Below are positions 1 to 8,100 of a stretch of DNA of 32,000 nt, piece after piece. A program made the translations under genes and the position numbers. The number at the start of each line of letters is the position of its first letter. Position 1 is the first letter of the stretch. The notes beneath the pieces were generated by a model that was not told the DNA's origin, made no database searches, and was given only the letters and a program-made list of their open reading frames with translations. This DNA comes from Cupriavidus necator (GTDB lineage Bacteria > Pseudomonadota > Gammaproteobacteria > Burkholderiales > Burkholderiaceae): positions 1,740,001 to 1,772,000 of the forward strand of contig NZ_CP066018.1 in the NCBI RefSeq assembly GCF_016127575.1, read 5' to 3'.

Positions 1-690
1 GCCGGCCTGGCCGTCGGCGGGGGTCATGCCGGAATAGGTGGGATGCAGCGCGTAGCGCATGCGCGCGTGCAGCGGCGCGCAGACCAGCAGGTTGAGCGCG
101 GCGAAGCCGATCAGCGTCGGGCGCCAGCCCAGATGGATCACCAGCCATTGCGCCAGCGGCACGAAGATCGTGCTGGCAAAGCCGGCCATCAGCGTGACCA
201 CCACGATCGGCTTCTGGTACTGGTCGCCATAGGCCTGGCGCAGCACCACGAAGGCGGGCTCGTACAGCGTGGTCGCCATGGCCAGCCCGATCGGCACCCA
301 CATCAGCAGGAACACCGGCTGCGACGGCGTCCATGCCCACAGCAGCAGGCCCAGCCCGGCCAGCACCGAGCCCGCGCCCATCACCTTGCGCGCCGGCGCG
401 CGGTCCAGCAGCCGCCCCACCGCGAACGAGCACAGCGCCCATACCAGCAGCCCCAGCGAATAGCCGCCCGCCAGGAAGGGCTTGGACCAGCCCAGGCTGC
501 GGATCATGGGATCGATGAAAACGGTGAAGGCGAAGAACAGCGTGCCCCAGGAGATGGTCTCGGTCAGGCCGAGGATCCAGACCAGCCGGCGCGGCGGCGT
601 AGCGGGGTGCGCGGGTCCGGTGCGTGCCGGGCTGGCGTCTGAGTCGGTGCTGGCGGCGTCCGCGTCGGAGCTGGCTTCTATTGTTGTCAT
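1..690 (-). CDS. MFS-type transporter, N-terminal part (gene continues beyond the left edge)
   Basis: It is absent from the ORF track because it runs off the window. My reverse-complement translation from the ATG (complement of 688-690) reads MTTIEASSDADAASTDSDASPARTGPAHPATPPRRLVWILGLTETISWGTLFFAFTVFIDPMIRSLGWSKPFLAGGYSLGLLVWALCSFA... and stays open to position 1. It shows successive hydrophobic helices typical of an MFS N-terminal half. The listed + ORF 43..642 is an Arg/Gln-rich antisense shadow. Confidence 0.55.
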   Translation of the reverse strand, partial: MTTIEASSDADAASTDSDASPARTGPAHPATPPRRLVWILGLTETISWGTLFFAFTVFIDPMIRSLGWSKPFLAGGYSLGLLVWALCSFAVGRLLDRAPARKVMGAGSVLAGLGLLLWAWTPSQPVFLLMWVPIGLAMATTLYEPAFVVLRQAYGDQYQKPIVVVTLMAGFASTIFVPLAQWLVIHLGWRPTLIGFAALNLLVCAPLHARMRYALHPTYSGMTPADGQAG

Positions 691-788
691 GGCGGGCCCG
701 GCGGGGGTAGTCGCCATAGACGGCGGCGCGTTGGGCCAGTCGGAAATTGTAGCGATCCCGCGCGCACTGCGCGCACGGGGCACGCGCG

Positions 789-1208
789 TTACTGTGCGGT
801 CACCGGCGCGGGCGGTCCCTTGAGCTCGACCACGTTGCCGTCCGGATCGCTCACATAGAGCGACGGTCCCTTGCCTTCGGCGCCGAAGCGCTGCGCCACC
901 TCGCCGGCGTCCACGCCATGCCGCGCCAGGTGCGCCCGCACCGCGTCGGCATCGAACGGGTCGATGCGCAGGCAGAAATGGTCCAGGTTGCGGCCCTGCG
1001 CTCCCGGTCCGGCGCCGCCGGCGCGGCCGAGCGGGCCGTCGAGCGCGACCAGGTCGATCAGCCCGCTGCCCGCGCGCAGCTGCGTCAGGCCCAGCTCGGT
1101 TTGCTCGCGCTCAACGCTGCAGCCGAGCACCTCGACATAGAAGCGCCGCAGCGCGTCCACGTCGGCGCTGCGCAACACCAGGTGGTCGATGCCCAGGATG
1201 CGGAACAT
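789..1208 (-). CDS. VOC family protein (glyoxalase/bleomycin-resistance/dioxygenase fold)
   Basis: 139 aa. The N-terminal GIDHLVLRSADVDALRRFYVEVLG and C-terminal LYVSDPDGNVVEL are the paired beta-alpha-beta-beta-beta signatures of VOC proteins. The start lies 7 nt after the stop of the upstream gene, suggesting an operon. Confidence 0.75.
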   Translation of the reverse strand: MFRILGIDHLVLRSADVDALRRFYVEVLGCSVEREQTELGLTQLRAGSGLIDLVALDGPLGRAGGAGPGAQGRNLDHFCLRIDPFDADAVRAHLARHGVDAGEVAQRFGAEGKGPSLYVSDPDGNVVELKGPPAPVTAQ

Positions 1209-1215
1209 GGCGGCC

Positions 1216-1566
1216 TCAGTGGTGCAGTCCGTCGTAGTCGATGACCTTCAGGCTGTCCAGGTCGACATTGTCCAGGCAGCGCACATTGACTGCGGCCATC
1301 GGCTTGCCGTCCTTGTCCTGCCCGTCCGCATACGGACCGCAGCCGCACACCGGGCAGAAGCGGTGCGCGATCTTCATGGTGTTGAAGCGGTAGGTGGAGG
1401 CATTGCTCTCCGGCGTTTCCAGCTTGAACGTCGCGCGCGGCACGAACCACAGCAGGTGGCCGCGCCGGCGGCAGATCGAGCAGTTGCAGCGGATCACGCT
1501 GGGGATGCCGTCGGCCTCCACTTCGAAGGCAATGGCGCCGCAGTGGCAGCTTCCGTGGAAAGTCAT
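1216..1566 (-). CDS. GFA family protein (glutathione-dependent formaldehyde-activating / CENP-V-like Zn-Cys protein)
   Basis: Cys clusters GSCHCG, CNCSIC and CPVCGC are characteristic of the GFA/CENP-V fold. I moved the start to the ATG at 1566 (MTFHGSCHCG) because an AGGAGA Shine-Dalgarno lies just upstream. The track ORF starts 33 nt further upstream at a GTG. Confidence 0.75.
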   Translation of the reverse strand: MTFHGSCHCGAIAFEVEADGIPSVIRCNCSICRRRGHLLWFVPRATFKLETPESNASTYRFNTMKIAHRFCPVCGCGPYADGQDKDGKPMAAVNVRCLDNVDLDSLKVIDYDGLHH

Positions 1567-1598
1567 GTCGTCTCCTTGAGGTCGGTCCGGCGTGCCCA

Positions 1599-2018
1599 CT
1601 AAATATCTGGAATCAGTCGTTTGCCCAGGCTGACCACTTCATCGGGCGCATAGCCCAGCTTGTCGTAGAAATCGATCACGGCGCGGTTGCCTGCGCGTAC
1701 CAGCAAGTTGATCTTGGGGCAGCCCCGCTCGATCAGCAACTGCTCGGCATGCGCCATCAGCATGCGCCCGTACCCTTTGGCCTGCAGGTCGGGCTGTACC
1801 GCCAGATAGTAGATCCAGCCGCGATGCCCGTCGAACCCCACCATGGCAGTGGCGACGGGTCGGCCGTCGATGTCGCCGACCAGAAACAGTTCAGGCTGCT
1901 CGGTCAGCTTGCGCGCGATATCGCGCTGCGGGTCGTTCCACGGACGGGTCAGGCCGCAGGCCTGCCACAAGGCAATGACGCAGGATTGGTCTTCCGGGCG
2001 GAAAGGACGGATCAGCAT
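1599..2018 (-). CDS. GNAT family N-acetyltransferase (small, YpeA-like)
   Basis: The C-terminal 139 aa of track ORF 1599..2774 read MLIRPFRPEDQSCVIALWQACGL...WIYYLAVQPDLQAKGYGRMLMAHAE...DFYDKLGY, with GNAT motif A (Q/R-x-x-G-x-G). The upstream 250 aa of the track ORF are an Arg-rich shadow antisense to the HD gene. ATG confirmed at complement 2016-2018. Confidence 0.8.
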   Translation of the reverse strand: MLIRPFRPEDQSCVIALWQACGLTRPWNDPQRDIARKLTEQPELFLVGDIDGRPVATAMVGFDGHRGWIYYLAVQPDLQAKGYGRMLMAHAEQLLIERGCPKINLLVRAGNRAVIDFYDKLGYAPDEVVSLGKRLIPDI

Positions 2019-2156
2019 GCTTGTTGGTGCGCCGCAATATGCCGGCACATTGTTAGCTTTTTGACAGTGTAGCGCCGCTGCGGGTGCCACAATGCCTGCA
2101 AGACATGACGAGACGACGCGCGGCCATCGCGCACGCTGCCACCAAAGGAGACCCGC

Positions 2157-2768
2157 ATGAGCGACACCCACGCGCCTGCACGCGCCACCTTCAGCCATAT
2201 GGAACACGGAACCCGCGAGGACTGGGCCGCCATCTCCGCCGAGTTCATGCCGTTCGCGCGGGCGCTGCCGGATCGCGTGCTGGCGCACCTGCGCCTGCTG
2301 GATGGCGATTGCGGCGGCTTCCCCGTGGACCGGCTCACGCATTCGCTGCAGACCGCGACACTGGCGCACCGCGACGGCCAGGACGAGGAATACGTGGTTT
2401 GCGCGCTGCTGCACGATATCGGCGATACGCTCGGCAGCTTCAATCATCCCGACATTGCCGCCGCCATCCTCAAGCCATTCGTCAGCCCCGAGAACCTGTG
2501 GATGGTGGAAAAGCACGGCGTGTTCCAGGGCTACTACTTCTTCCATCACCTCGGCCTGGATCGCAACCTGCGCGAGCAGTACCGCAGCCAGCCCGAACTG
2601 TTCGAGCGCACCGCGGAGTTCTGCCGCAAGTACGACGGTGCCGCCTTCATGACGGACTACGACACGCTGCCGCTGTCGTTCTTCGAGCCGATGGTGCGGC
2701 GCGTGCTGGCGCAGCCGCGCAACTCGATGTATGTGAAGCCGGGAGAAGCGACGCTGGCACAGCCCTGA
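2157..2768 (+). CDS. HD-domain protein (PhnZ/COG4341-like predicted metal-dependent hydrolase or oxygenase)
   Basis: 203 aa with LTHSLQTATLA, ALLHDIGD, FNHPD and VEKHG motifs. An AAAGGAG Shine-Dalgarno at 2144-2150 precedes the ATG at 2157. Confidence 0.75.
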   Translation: MSDTHAPARATFSHMEHGTREDWAAISAEFMPFARALPDRVLAHLRLLDGDCGGFPVDRLTHSLQTATLAHRDGQDEEYVVCALLHDIGDTLGSFNHPDIAAAILKPFVSPENLWMVEKHGVFQGYYFFHHLGLDRNLREQYRSQPELFERTAEFCRKYDGAAFMTDYDTLPLSFFEPMVRRVLAQPRNSMYVKPGEATLAQP

Positions 2769-2771
2769 AAG

Positions 2772-2809
2772 CACAACGGCCTCGCTTCATGCGAAGCGAG
2801 GCCGTTGTG
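2772..2809. terminator. Bidirectional hairpin between convergent genes
   Basis: A perfect 17-bp stem, CACAACGGCCTCGCTTC / GAAGCGAGGCCGTTGTG, with a 4-nt loop (ATGC). It sits between the HD gene stop (2768) and the ior stop (2825). Confidence 0.6.
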
Positions 2810-2824
2810 TCATGCCATGGCCAG

Positions 2825-5800
2825 TCAGGCCGCGCGCTGCGCCGTCTCCGGATGGCGGAACTGCTCCAGCAGCTTCGCCCAGCGCCCGCGTACCGCCTTC
2901 AGGTTGTTTTCCTTCACATGCCCGAAGCCGCGGATATCGTCCGGCAGGTTCGCCAGTGTGACCGCGGTGTCGTAGTTGGCCGCATTCAGGCCCGCCACCA
3001 GCTCATCCAGCAGCGCGCGGTACTCGCCGATCAGCGCGCGCTCGGTGCGGCGCTCATCGGTCTTGCCGAAGATATCGAACATGCCGCCGCGCAGGCCCTT
3101 CATCTTCGCCAGCAAGCGGAACAGCTTCATCGTCGACGGCCCGAACTTGCGCTTGACCAGGTGGCCCTTGTCGTCGCGCTTGGCGTTAATCGGCGGCGCC
3201 AGCCAGAAGTTGAGCTGGTAGTCGCGGCCCGGCTCGCCTTCAAACTGGGCGCGCAGCTTGTCCAAGAAGACAGGGTCGGTGTAGAGCCGCGCCACCTCAT
3301 ACTCGTCCTTGTACGCCATCAGCTTGGCCAGGTTGCGCGCCGCGGCCTCGGTCAGCGGCAGGGCCTTGCCGCTGCCAGCCAGCGTGCTCTCGGCCACGCG
3401 CACGCGGTCGATGGCTTCGCGATAGGTGCGCGCGTACGCGGCATCCTGGTAGGCCGTCAGGTGTTCCATGCGCCGGCCGATCAGCTTCTCCAGCATCGCG
3501 CCGCTCGAGGTCGGCAGCTTGACCACTTCCGCGCCTTCGGCGGTGTTCTTCAGCTTGCCGGTCAGCGACAGCACGTGCTCGGGGTCGTGCGCCATATGCC
3601 GGCCCCAGTCGAACGCGGCCTTGTTCTTCTCGACAGCGACGCCGTTGAGTTCGATGGCGCGCTCCAGCGCCTGCAGCGTCAGCGGGATCCAGCCCTTCTG
3701 CCAGGCATAGCCGAGCACCAGCGGGTTGGTGTAGATCGCGTCGCCCAGCAGCGCCACGGCGAGACCCGAGGCGTTGATGAACTCGCACTTCTCGCCCACC
3801 GCGGTGCGCACATCCTGCTCGGCCGACAGGCCGGGGAACTGCCACTTCGGGTTTTTGATGAAGTCGGCGGTCGGCGTCTGCGCGGTGTTGACCACGGCGC
3901 GGGTGCGGCCGGCCTGGGTCTTGGAGATGACTTCGTCGGTGGCCGACACGATCGCATCGCAGCCGATCACCAGGTCCGCCTCGCCCATTGCGATGCGCGT
4001 GGCATGCAGGTCGTCCGGGCGCGCGGCCAGCTGCACGTGCGACAGCACCGCGCCGCCTTTCTGCGCCAGGCCCGCCATGTCGAGCACGGTGACGCCCTTG
4101 TTCTCCAGGTGCGCGGCCATGCCGAGCAGGCCGCCGATGGTCACCACGCCGGTGCCGCCCACGCCGGTCACCAGGATGCCGTAGGCGCGGCGGATCGGCG
4201 GCAGCTCAGGCTCTGACAGCGCGGGCAGGGTGTTCATCGACACGCCGTGCTGCTCGGGCTTGCGCACCTGCGCGCCTTCGGCCGTGACAAAGCTCGGACA
4301 GAAGCCGTTCACGCACGAGAAGTCCTTGTTGCACGACGACTGGTTGATCTGGCGCTTGGTGCCGAAATCCGTTTCCAGCGGTTCCACCGACAGGCAGTTG
4401 GACTTGACCGAGCAGTCGCCGCAGCCTTCGCACACCGCGTCGTTGATAAAGGCGCGGCGTTGCGGATCCTCCATCGTGCCGCGCTTGCGGCGGCGGCGCT
4501 TCTCGGTGGCGCAGGTCTGGTCGTAGATCAGGATGGAGCAGCCCGGCACCTCACGCAGCTCACGCTGCACGCTGTCGAGCTGATCGCGGTGATGGATGGC
4601 GATGCCTTCGGGCAGCTTGATCGCGCCGTTGTACTTCTCCGGCTGGTCGCTGACGATGACGATCTTCTTCGCGCCTTCGCTATGCACCTGCCAGGCGATG
4701 TCCCGCACCGACAACTGGCCGTCCACCGGCTGGCCGCCGGTCATCGCCACCGCATCGTTGTACAGGATCTTGTAGGTGATGTTGACGTTGGCCGCGATCG
4801 ACGCGCGGATCGCCAATAGACCGGAGTGGAAGTAGGTGCCGTCGCCCAGGTTGGCGAACACATGCTTGTCGCCAGCGAACGGCGCCTGGCCGATCCACGC
4901 CACGCCTTCGCCGCCCATCTGGCTGAAGGTGCTGGTATTGCGGTCCATCCACACCGTCATGTAGTGGCAGCCGATGCCAGCCAGCGCGCGCGAGCCTTCG
5001 GGCACATTGGTCGAGGTGTTGTGCGGGCAGCCCGAGCAGAACCACGGCTTGCGCTCCGCCGTCACGCGCGGCGTGGCCAGCGCCTTTTCCTTGGCCTCGA
5101 TGATGGCCAGGCGCGCGGTGATGCGCGCGCGCACGTCGATCGGCAGCTCGAATTTGTCCAGCCGGGTGGCGATGGCCTTGGCGATGATCGCCGGCGACAG
5201 CTCATAGTGCGCCGGCAGCAGCCAGTTGCTTTGCGGGATCGACCATTCGCCGCCCGCGTTGTCCTTTTCGTCGAACTTGCCGTAGACCTTGGGGCGCACG
5301 TCGTCGCGCCAGTTGTACAGCTCTTCCTTTAGCGCGTACTCCATGATCTGGCGCTTCTCTTCGACCACCAGGATTTCCTGCAGGCCTTCGGCAAAGGCGC
5401 GCGCCCCATGCGCCTCCAGCGGCCACACGCAGCCGACCTTGTACAGGCGGATGCCGATCTGCGAGCAGGTGGCATCGTCCAGGCCCAGGTCGGCCAGCGC
5501 CTGGCGCGTGTCCAGGTAAGCCTTGCCGCCGGTCATGATGCCGAAGCGCGCGTGCGGCGAATCGATTTCGATGCGGTCGATCTTGTTGGCCCGCACATAG
5601 GCCAGGCCCGCGTACCACTTGTAGTCGAGCAGGCGCGCTTCCTGTTCCAGCGGCGGGTCCGGCCAGCGGATGTTCAGGCCGCCCGGCGGCATGATGAAGT
5701 CGTCCGGCAGCACGATCTGCACGCGGTGCGGATCCAGCTCCACCGAGGCCGACGATTCCACCACGTCGGTCACGCACTTCATCGCCACCCACAGGCCGGA

Positions 5801-6418
5801 GTAGCGGCTCATGGCCCAGCCGTGCAGGCCGTAGTCCAGGTATTCCTGCACGTTCGACGGGTACAGCACCGGCAGGCCACAGGCCTTGAAGATGTGCTCG
5901 GACTGGTGCGCCAGCGTCGAGGACTTGGCCGAGTGGTCGTCACCGGCCAGCACCAGCACGCCGCCGTGCTTCGACGATCCCGCCGAGTTCGCGTGCTTGA
6001 ACACGTCACCGGTGCGGTCCACGCCCGGCCCCTTGCCGTACCACATGCCGAACACGCCATCGAACTTGGCGTCCGGATACATGTTCACCTGCTGCGACCC
6101 CCATACCGAAGTCGCGGCCAGGTCCTCGTTGAGGCCAGCCTGGAACACGATATTGTGCGCGGCAAGGTGCTTCTTGGCCTTCCACAGCGACAGGTCGAGC
6201 GCGCCCAGCGGCGAGCCCCGGTAGCCGGAGATAAAGCCGGCGGTGTTCAGCCCGGCGGCGCGGTCGCGCTCCTGCTGCAGCATCGGCAGGCGTACCAGGG
6301 CCTGCGTGCCGCTGATATAGATGCGGCCACGCTCCAGCGTGTATTTGTCTTCGAGGGAAACGTTTTCGAGCGCGCGGCGGATGGCGTCGCTGACCGGGGA
6401 GGTCAGGGGGGCATTCAT
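2825..6418 (-). CDS. Indolepyruvate:ferredoxin oxidoreductase family protein (fused alpha/beta, 2-oxoacid:ferredoxin oxidoreductase superfamily)
   Basis: 1197 aa. The N-terminus LEDKYTLERGRIYISGTQALVRLPMLQQERDRAAGLNTAGFISGYRGSPLG is typical of fused IOR proteins. It carries a TPP-binding GDGTYFHSG motif, a Cys cluster CEGCGDCSVKSNC (4Fe-4S), and a C-terminal IorB-like domain with GVGGTGVVT. Confidence 0.85.
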   Translation of the reverse strand: MNAPLTSPVSDAIRRALENVSLEDKYTLERGRIYISGTQALVRLPMLQQERDRAAGLNTAGFISGYRGSPLGALDLSLWKAKKHLAAHNIVFQAGLNEDLAATSVWGSQQVNMYPDAKFDGVFGMWYGKGPGVDRTGDVFKHANSAGSSKHGGVLVLAGDDHSAKSSTLAHQSEHIFKACGLPVLYPSNVQEYLDYGLHGWAMSRYSGLWVAMKCVTDVVESSASVELDPHRVQIVLPDDFIMPPGGLNIRWPDPPLEQEARLLDYKWYAGLAYVRANKIDRIEIDSPHARFGIMTGGKAYLDTRQALADLGLDDATCSQIGIRLYKVGCVWPLEAHGARAFAEGLQEILVVEEKRQIMEYALKEELYNWRDDVRPKVYGKFDEKDNAGGEWSIPQSNWLLPAHYELSPAIIAKAIATRLDKFELPIDVRARITARLAIIEAKEKALATPRVTAERKPWFCSGCPHNTSTNVPEGSRALAGIGCHYMTVWMDRNTSTFSQMGGEGVAWIGQAPFAGDKHVFANLGDGTYFHSGLLAIRASIAANVNITYKILYNDAVAMTGGQPVDGQLSVRDIAWQVHSEGAKKIVIVSDQPEKYNGAIKLPEGIAIHHRDQLDSVQRELREVPGCSILIYDQTCATEKRRRRKRGTMEDPQRRAFINDAVCEGCGDCSVKSNCLSVEPLETDFGTKRQINQSSCNKDFSCVNGFCPSFVTAEGAQVRKPEQHGVSMNTLPALSEPELPPIRRAYGILVTGVGGTGVVTIGGLLGMAAHLENKGVTVLDMAGLAQKGGAVLSHVQLAARPDDLHATRIAMGEADLVIGCDAIVSATDEVISKTQAGRTRAVVNTAQTPTADFIKNPKWQFPGLSAEQDVRTAVGEKCEFINASGLAVALLGDAIYTNPLVLGYAWQKGWIPLTLQALERAIELNGVAVEKNKAAFDWGRHMAHDPEHVLSLTGKLKNTAEGAEVVKLPTSSGAMLEKLIGRRMEHLTAYQDAAYARTYREAIDRVRVAESTLAGSGKALPLTEAAARNLAKLMAYKDEYEVARLYTDPVFLDKLRAQFEGEPGRDYQLNFWLAPPINAKRDDKGHLVKRKFGPSTMKLFRLLAKMKGLRGGMFDIFGKTDERRTERALIGEYRALLDELVAGLNAANYDTAVTLANLPDDIRGFGHVKENNLKAVRGRWAKLLEQFRHPETAQRAA

Positions 6419-6765
6419 AGGTGCTCCTCTATGGGCGTGCTGTCGGGATCACCGACACCTACAGTTGTGGGCGACCGCCTCATGACCTCTTGTGAAGGTG
6501 TTGGACGGTCGTGTCTCTGCGCGGCATGGTAGCACCGCCACAAAATCGGCGGTACCTTGCAATGCAGCACAAAGCGTGCCCGCCGTGCCCGTGATTTCCC
6601 GTATGGACAGGGGTTCGCGTGTACACTGCGTTGCATCGAGATGGCCCGTGCCGCTGCCGGGCTGCCTGCGATGCGCCACATCTGCACAGCCAGCCTGGTG
6701 CAACCTGATTTCCGATTGCCGTCCTGATGCACGCATGGGACGGGCAAACCAGTGACTACCTGAAC

Positions 6766-8019
6766 ATGACCAATTCCCCCCGCCAGGGCACCGCGACCCT
6801 GGCCGTGCTGATCGATGCCGACAACGCGGCGCCCGCCATCGTCGAAGGCCTGCTGGCCGAGGTCGCCAAGTATGGCGTGGCCGCCGTCAAGCGCATCTAC
6901 GGCGACTGGACCCGGCCCAACCTGGCCGGATGGAAGGAGCGGCTGTTGTCGCACTCGATCCAGCCGATCCAGCAGTTCCGCTACACCGTGGGCAAGAACG
7001 CTACCGACAGCGCCATGATCATCGACGCCATGGACCTGCTGTACACCGGGCGCTTCGACGGCTTCTGCATCGTTTCCAGCGACAGCGACTTCACCCGGCT
7101 GGCCTCGCGCATCCGCGAGCAGGGGCTGACCGTGTACGGCTTTGGCGAGCGCAAGACCCCCAAGCCCTTTGTCACCGCCTGCGACAAGTTCATCTACTCC
7201 GACGTCCTGCGCGCCGATGCGGATACGGAAGGGACCGAAGGCGTCGACGGGGCTGCCGCGCCCACGCGCAAGCGCAGCACCGGCGAGCTGCGCCAGGATT
7301 CGCGCCTGGTGCGCCTGCTGCAGAGTGCGGCGCAGGCGGTGTCGGACGAGGATGGCTGGCTGACGCTGGGCAGCATGGGCAACCACATCGCCAAGCAGGC
7401 GCCGGAATTCGATTCGCGCAACTACGGGTACGGCAAGCTTTCGGAGCTGGTGCAGGCCACCGGCCTGTTCGAGGTCGAGACCCGCAACGGCGGCAACAAC
7501 AAGACCATCTGGGTGCGCCTGAAGAAGCGCGCCAAGGGCGGTGGCGAGGGCGATGGCCGCGGCCAGCAGCAGTCGCAACCGCAACAGCAGCAGCGTCCGG
7601 CGCAGCCTGAAGCACGCCGCCAGCCGGCACCGGCGCCCGTGCCCGCGGATCCGCCTGCGCCCGCCGTGGCCCAGCCAGAGGCGGCGCCTGAGCCTGTGCC
7701 AGTGCGCGAACCCGAGATCGAGCTGTCTGTCGTCGCCGCCGAAGTGGCCGAGCCGGCGGCGGAGGCAGCGCCGCAGGCTGAGTCCAAGGCCCGCCCCGCA
7801 CGCAAGCGCGCCACGCGCCGCCCCGACGTGACGCTGAGCGAAACCCCGTGGCCGATCGACCAGTCGATCTTTGCCGCGCCGGGCACGACAGTGCTGTCGG
7901 CGCAGGTTGAAGCGCAGCCAGAGGCCCAGCCCCAGCCGGAGGCAGCCGCTGCCGAGGCGGCGCCCGCCCGGGCACCGGCCAGGAAGACGCGCAAGCGCCC
8001 GGCCAAGAAAGCGGAGTGA
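6766..8019 (+). CDS. NYN (LabA/DUF88, PIN-like RNase) + OST-HTH/LOTUS domain protein with long low-complexity C-terminal tail
   Basis: LAVLIDADN...GKNATDSAMIIDAMDL...FCIVSSDSDFTRLASRIREQGLTVYGFG is the NYN signature. DEDGWLTLGSMGNHIAKQAPEFDSRNYGYGKLSELVQATGLFEV is OST-HTH/LOTUS-like. The last ~160 aa are rich in Pro/Ala/Glu/Gln. The start is ambiguous (ATG 6727 or ATG 6766) and neither has a strong SD. Confidence 0.7.
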   Translation: MTNSPRQGTATLAVLIDADNAAPAIVEGLLAEVAKYGVAAVKRIYGDWTRPNLAGWKERLLSHSIQPIQQFRYTVGKNATDSAMIIDAMDLLYTGRFDGFCIVSSDSDFTRLASRIREQGLTVYGFGERKTPKPFVTACDKFIYSDVLRADADTEGTEGVDGAAAPTRKRSTGELRQDSRLVRLLQSAAQAVSDEDGWLTLGSMGNHIAKQAPEFDSRNYGYGKLSELVQATGLFEVETRNGGNNKTIWVRLKKRAKGGGEGDGRGQQQSQPQQQQRPAQPEARRQPAPAPVPADPPAPAVAQPEAAPEPVPVREPEIELSVVAAEVAEPAAEAAPQAESKARPARKRATRRPDVTLSETPWPIDQSIFAAPGTTVLSAQVEAQPEAQPQPEAAAAEAAPARAPARKTRKRPAKKAE

Positions 8020-8052
8020 TGTGGCTGGCCGGCGCCATGCCGGCCCTGCCCG

Positions 8053-8091
8053 CCAAAGAAAACGCCGGCTTCGCGCCGGCGTTTTCTTTGG
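8053..8091. terminator. Bidirectional rho-independent terminator
   Basis: CCAAAGAAAACGCCGGC-TTCGC-GCCGGCGTTTTCTTTGG forms a GC stem flanked by an A-tract and a T-tract, so it reads as hairpin plus U-run on both strands. It sits between the NYN gene stop (8019) and the gspF stop (8101). Confidence 0.65.
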
Positions 8092-8100
8092 CAGAGGTCC

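Noticed and set aside
760-774. The palindrome GCGCGCA-C-TGCGCGC downstream of the VOC gene, considered as a terminator.
   Set aside because: The loop is too small for a stable hairpin and no U-tract follows on the minus strand. It is left unannotated.
1599-2774. N-terminal extensions of track ORFs: 1599..2774, 13369..15294, 16503..18032, 19171..19758, 25464..27590, 25144..25779, 28244..29131.
   Set aside because: The family-recognisable sequence begins at an internal ATG or GTG. That start either overlaps the upstream stop codon (ATGA coupling) or has a Shine-Dalgarno. The upstream portions overlap neighbouring genes and are Arg/Pro-rich.
2084-4216. A 710-aa + strand ORF, and similar very long ORFs elsewhere: 5408..6532 +, 6415..7584 -, 7190..8647 -, 8308..10899 +, 10956..13730 +, 14046..15614 +, 15275..16744 +, 16464..18053 +, 21842..23107 -, 25572..27287 -, 29056..31134 +.
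   Set aside because: All lie antisense to, or out of frame with, genes that carry clear family motifs. Their translations are Arg/Ala/Gly/Pro/His-rich with no recognisable domains. Long stop-free shadow frames are expected at this GC content.
6419-6765. The long (~350 bp) intergenic region between ior and the NYN gene, scanned for riboswitch, sRNA, sigma54 or repeat elements.
   Set aside because: Only short, weak dyads were found (for example ACCGCC-N8-GGCGGT and TGCAATGCA). Nothing matched a known RNA family or promoter class well enough to report.
7561-7600. A CAG/CAA-rich tract (GQQQSQPQQQQRPAQ) in the NYN-LOTUS gene, considered as a slippage or contingency locus.
   Set aside because: The repeat is short and interrupted. 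It looks like ordinary low-complexity coding sequence.
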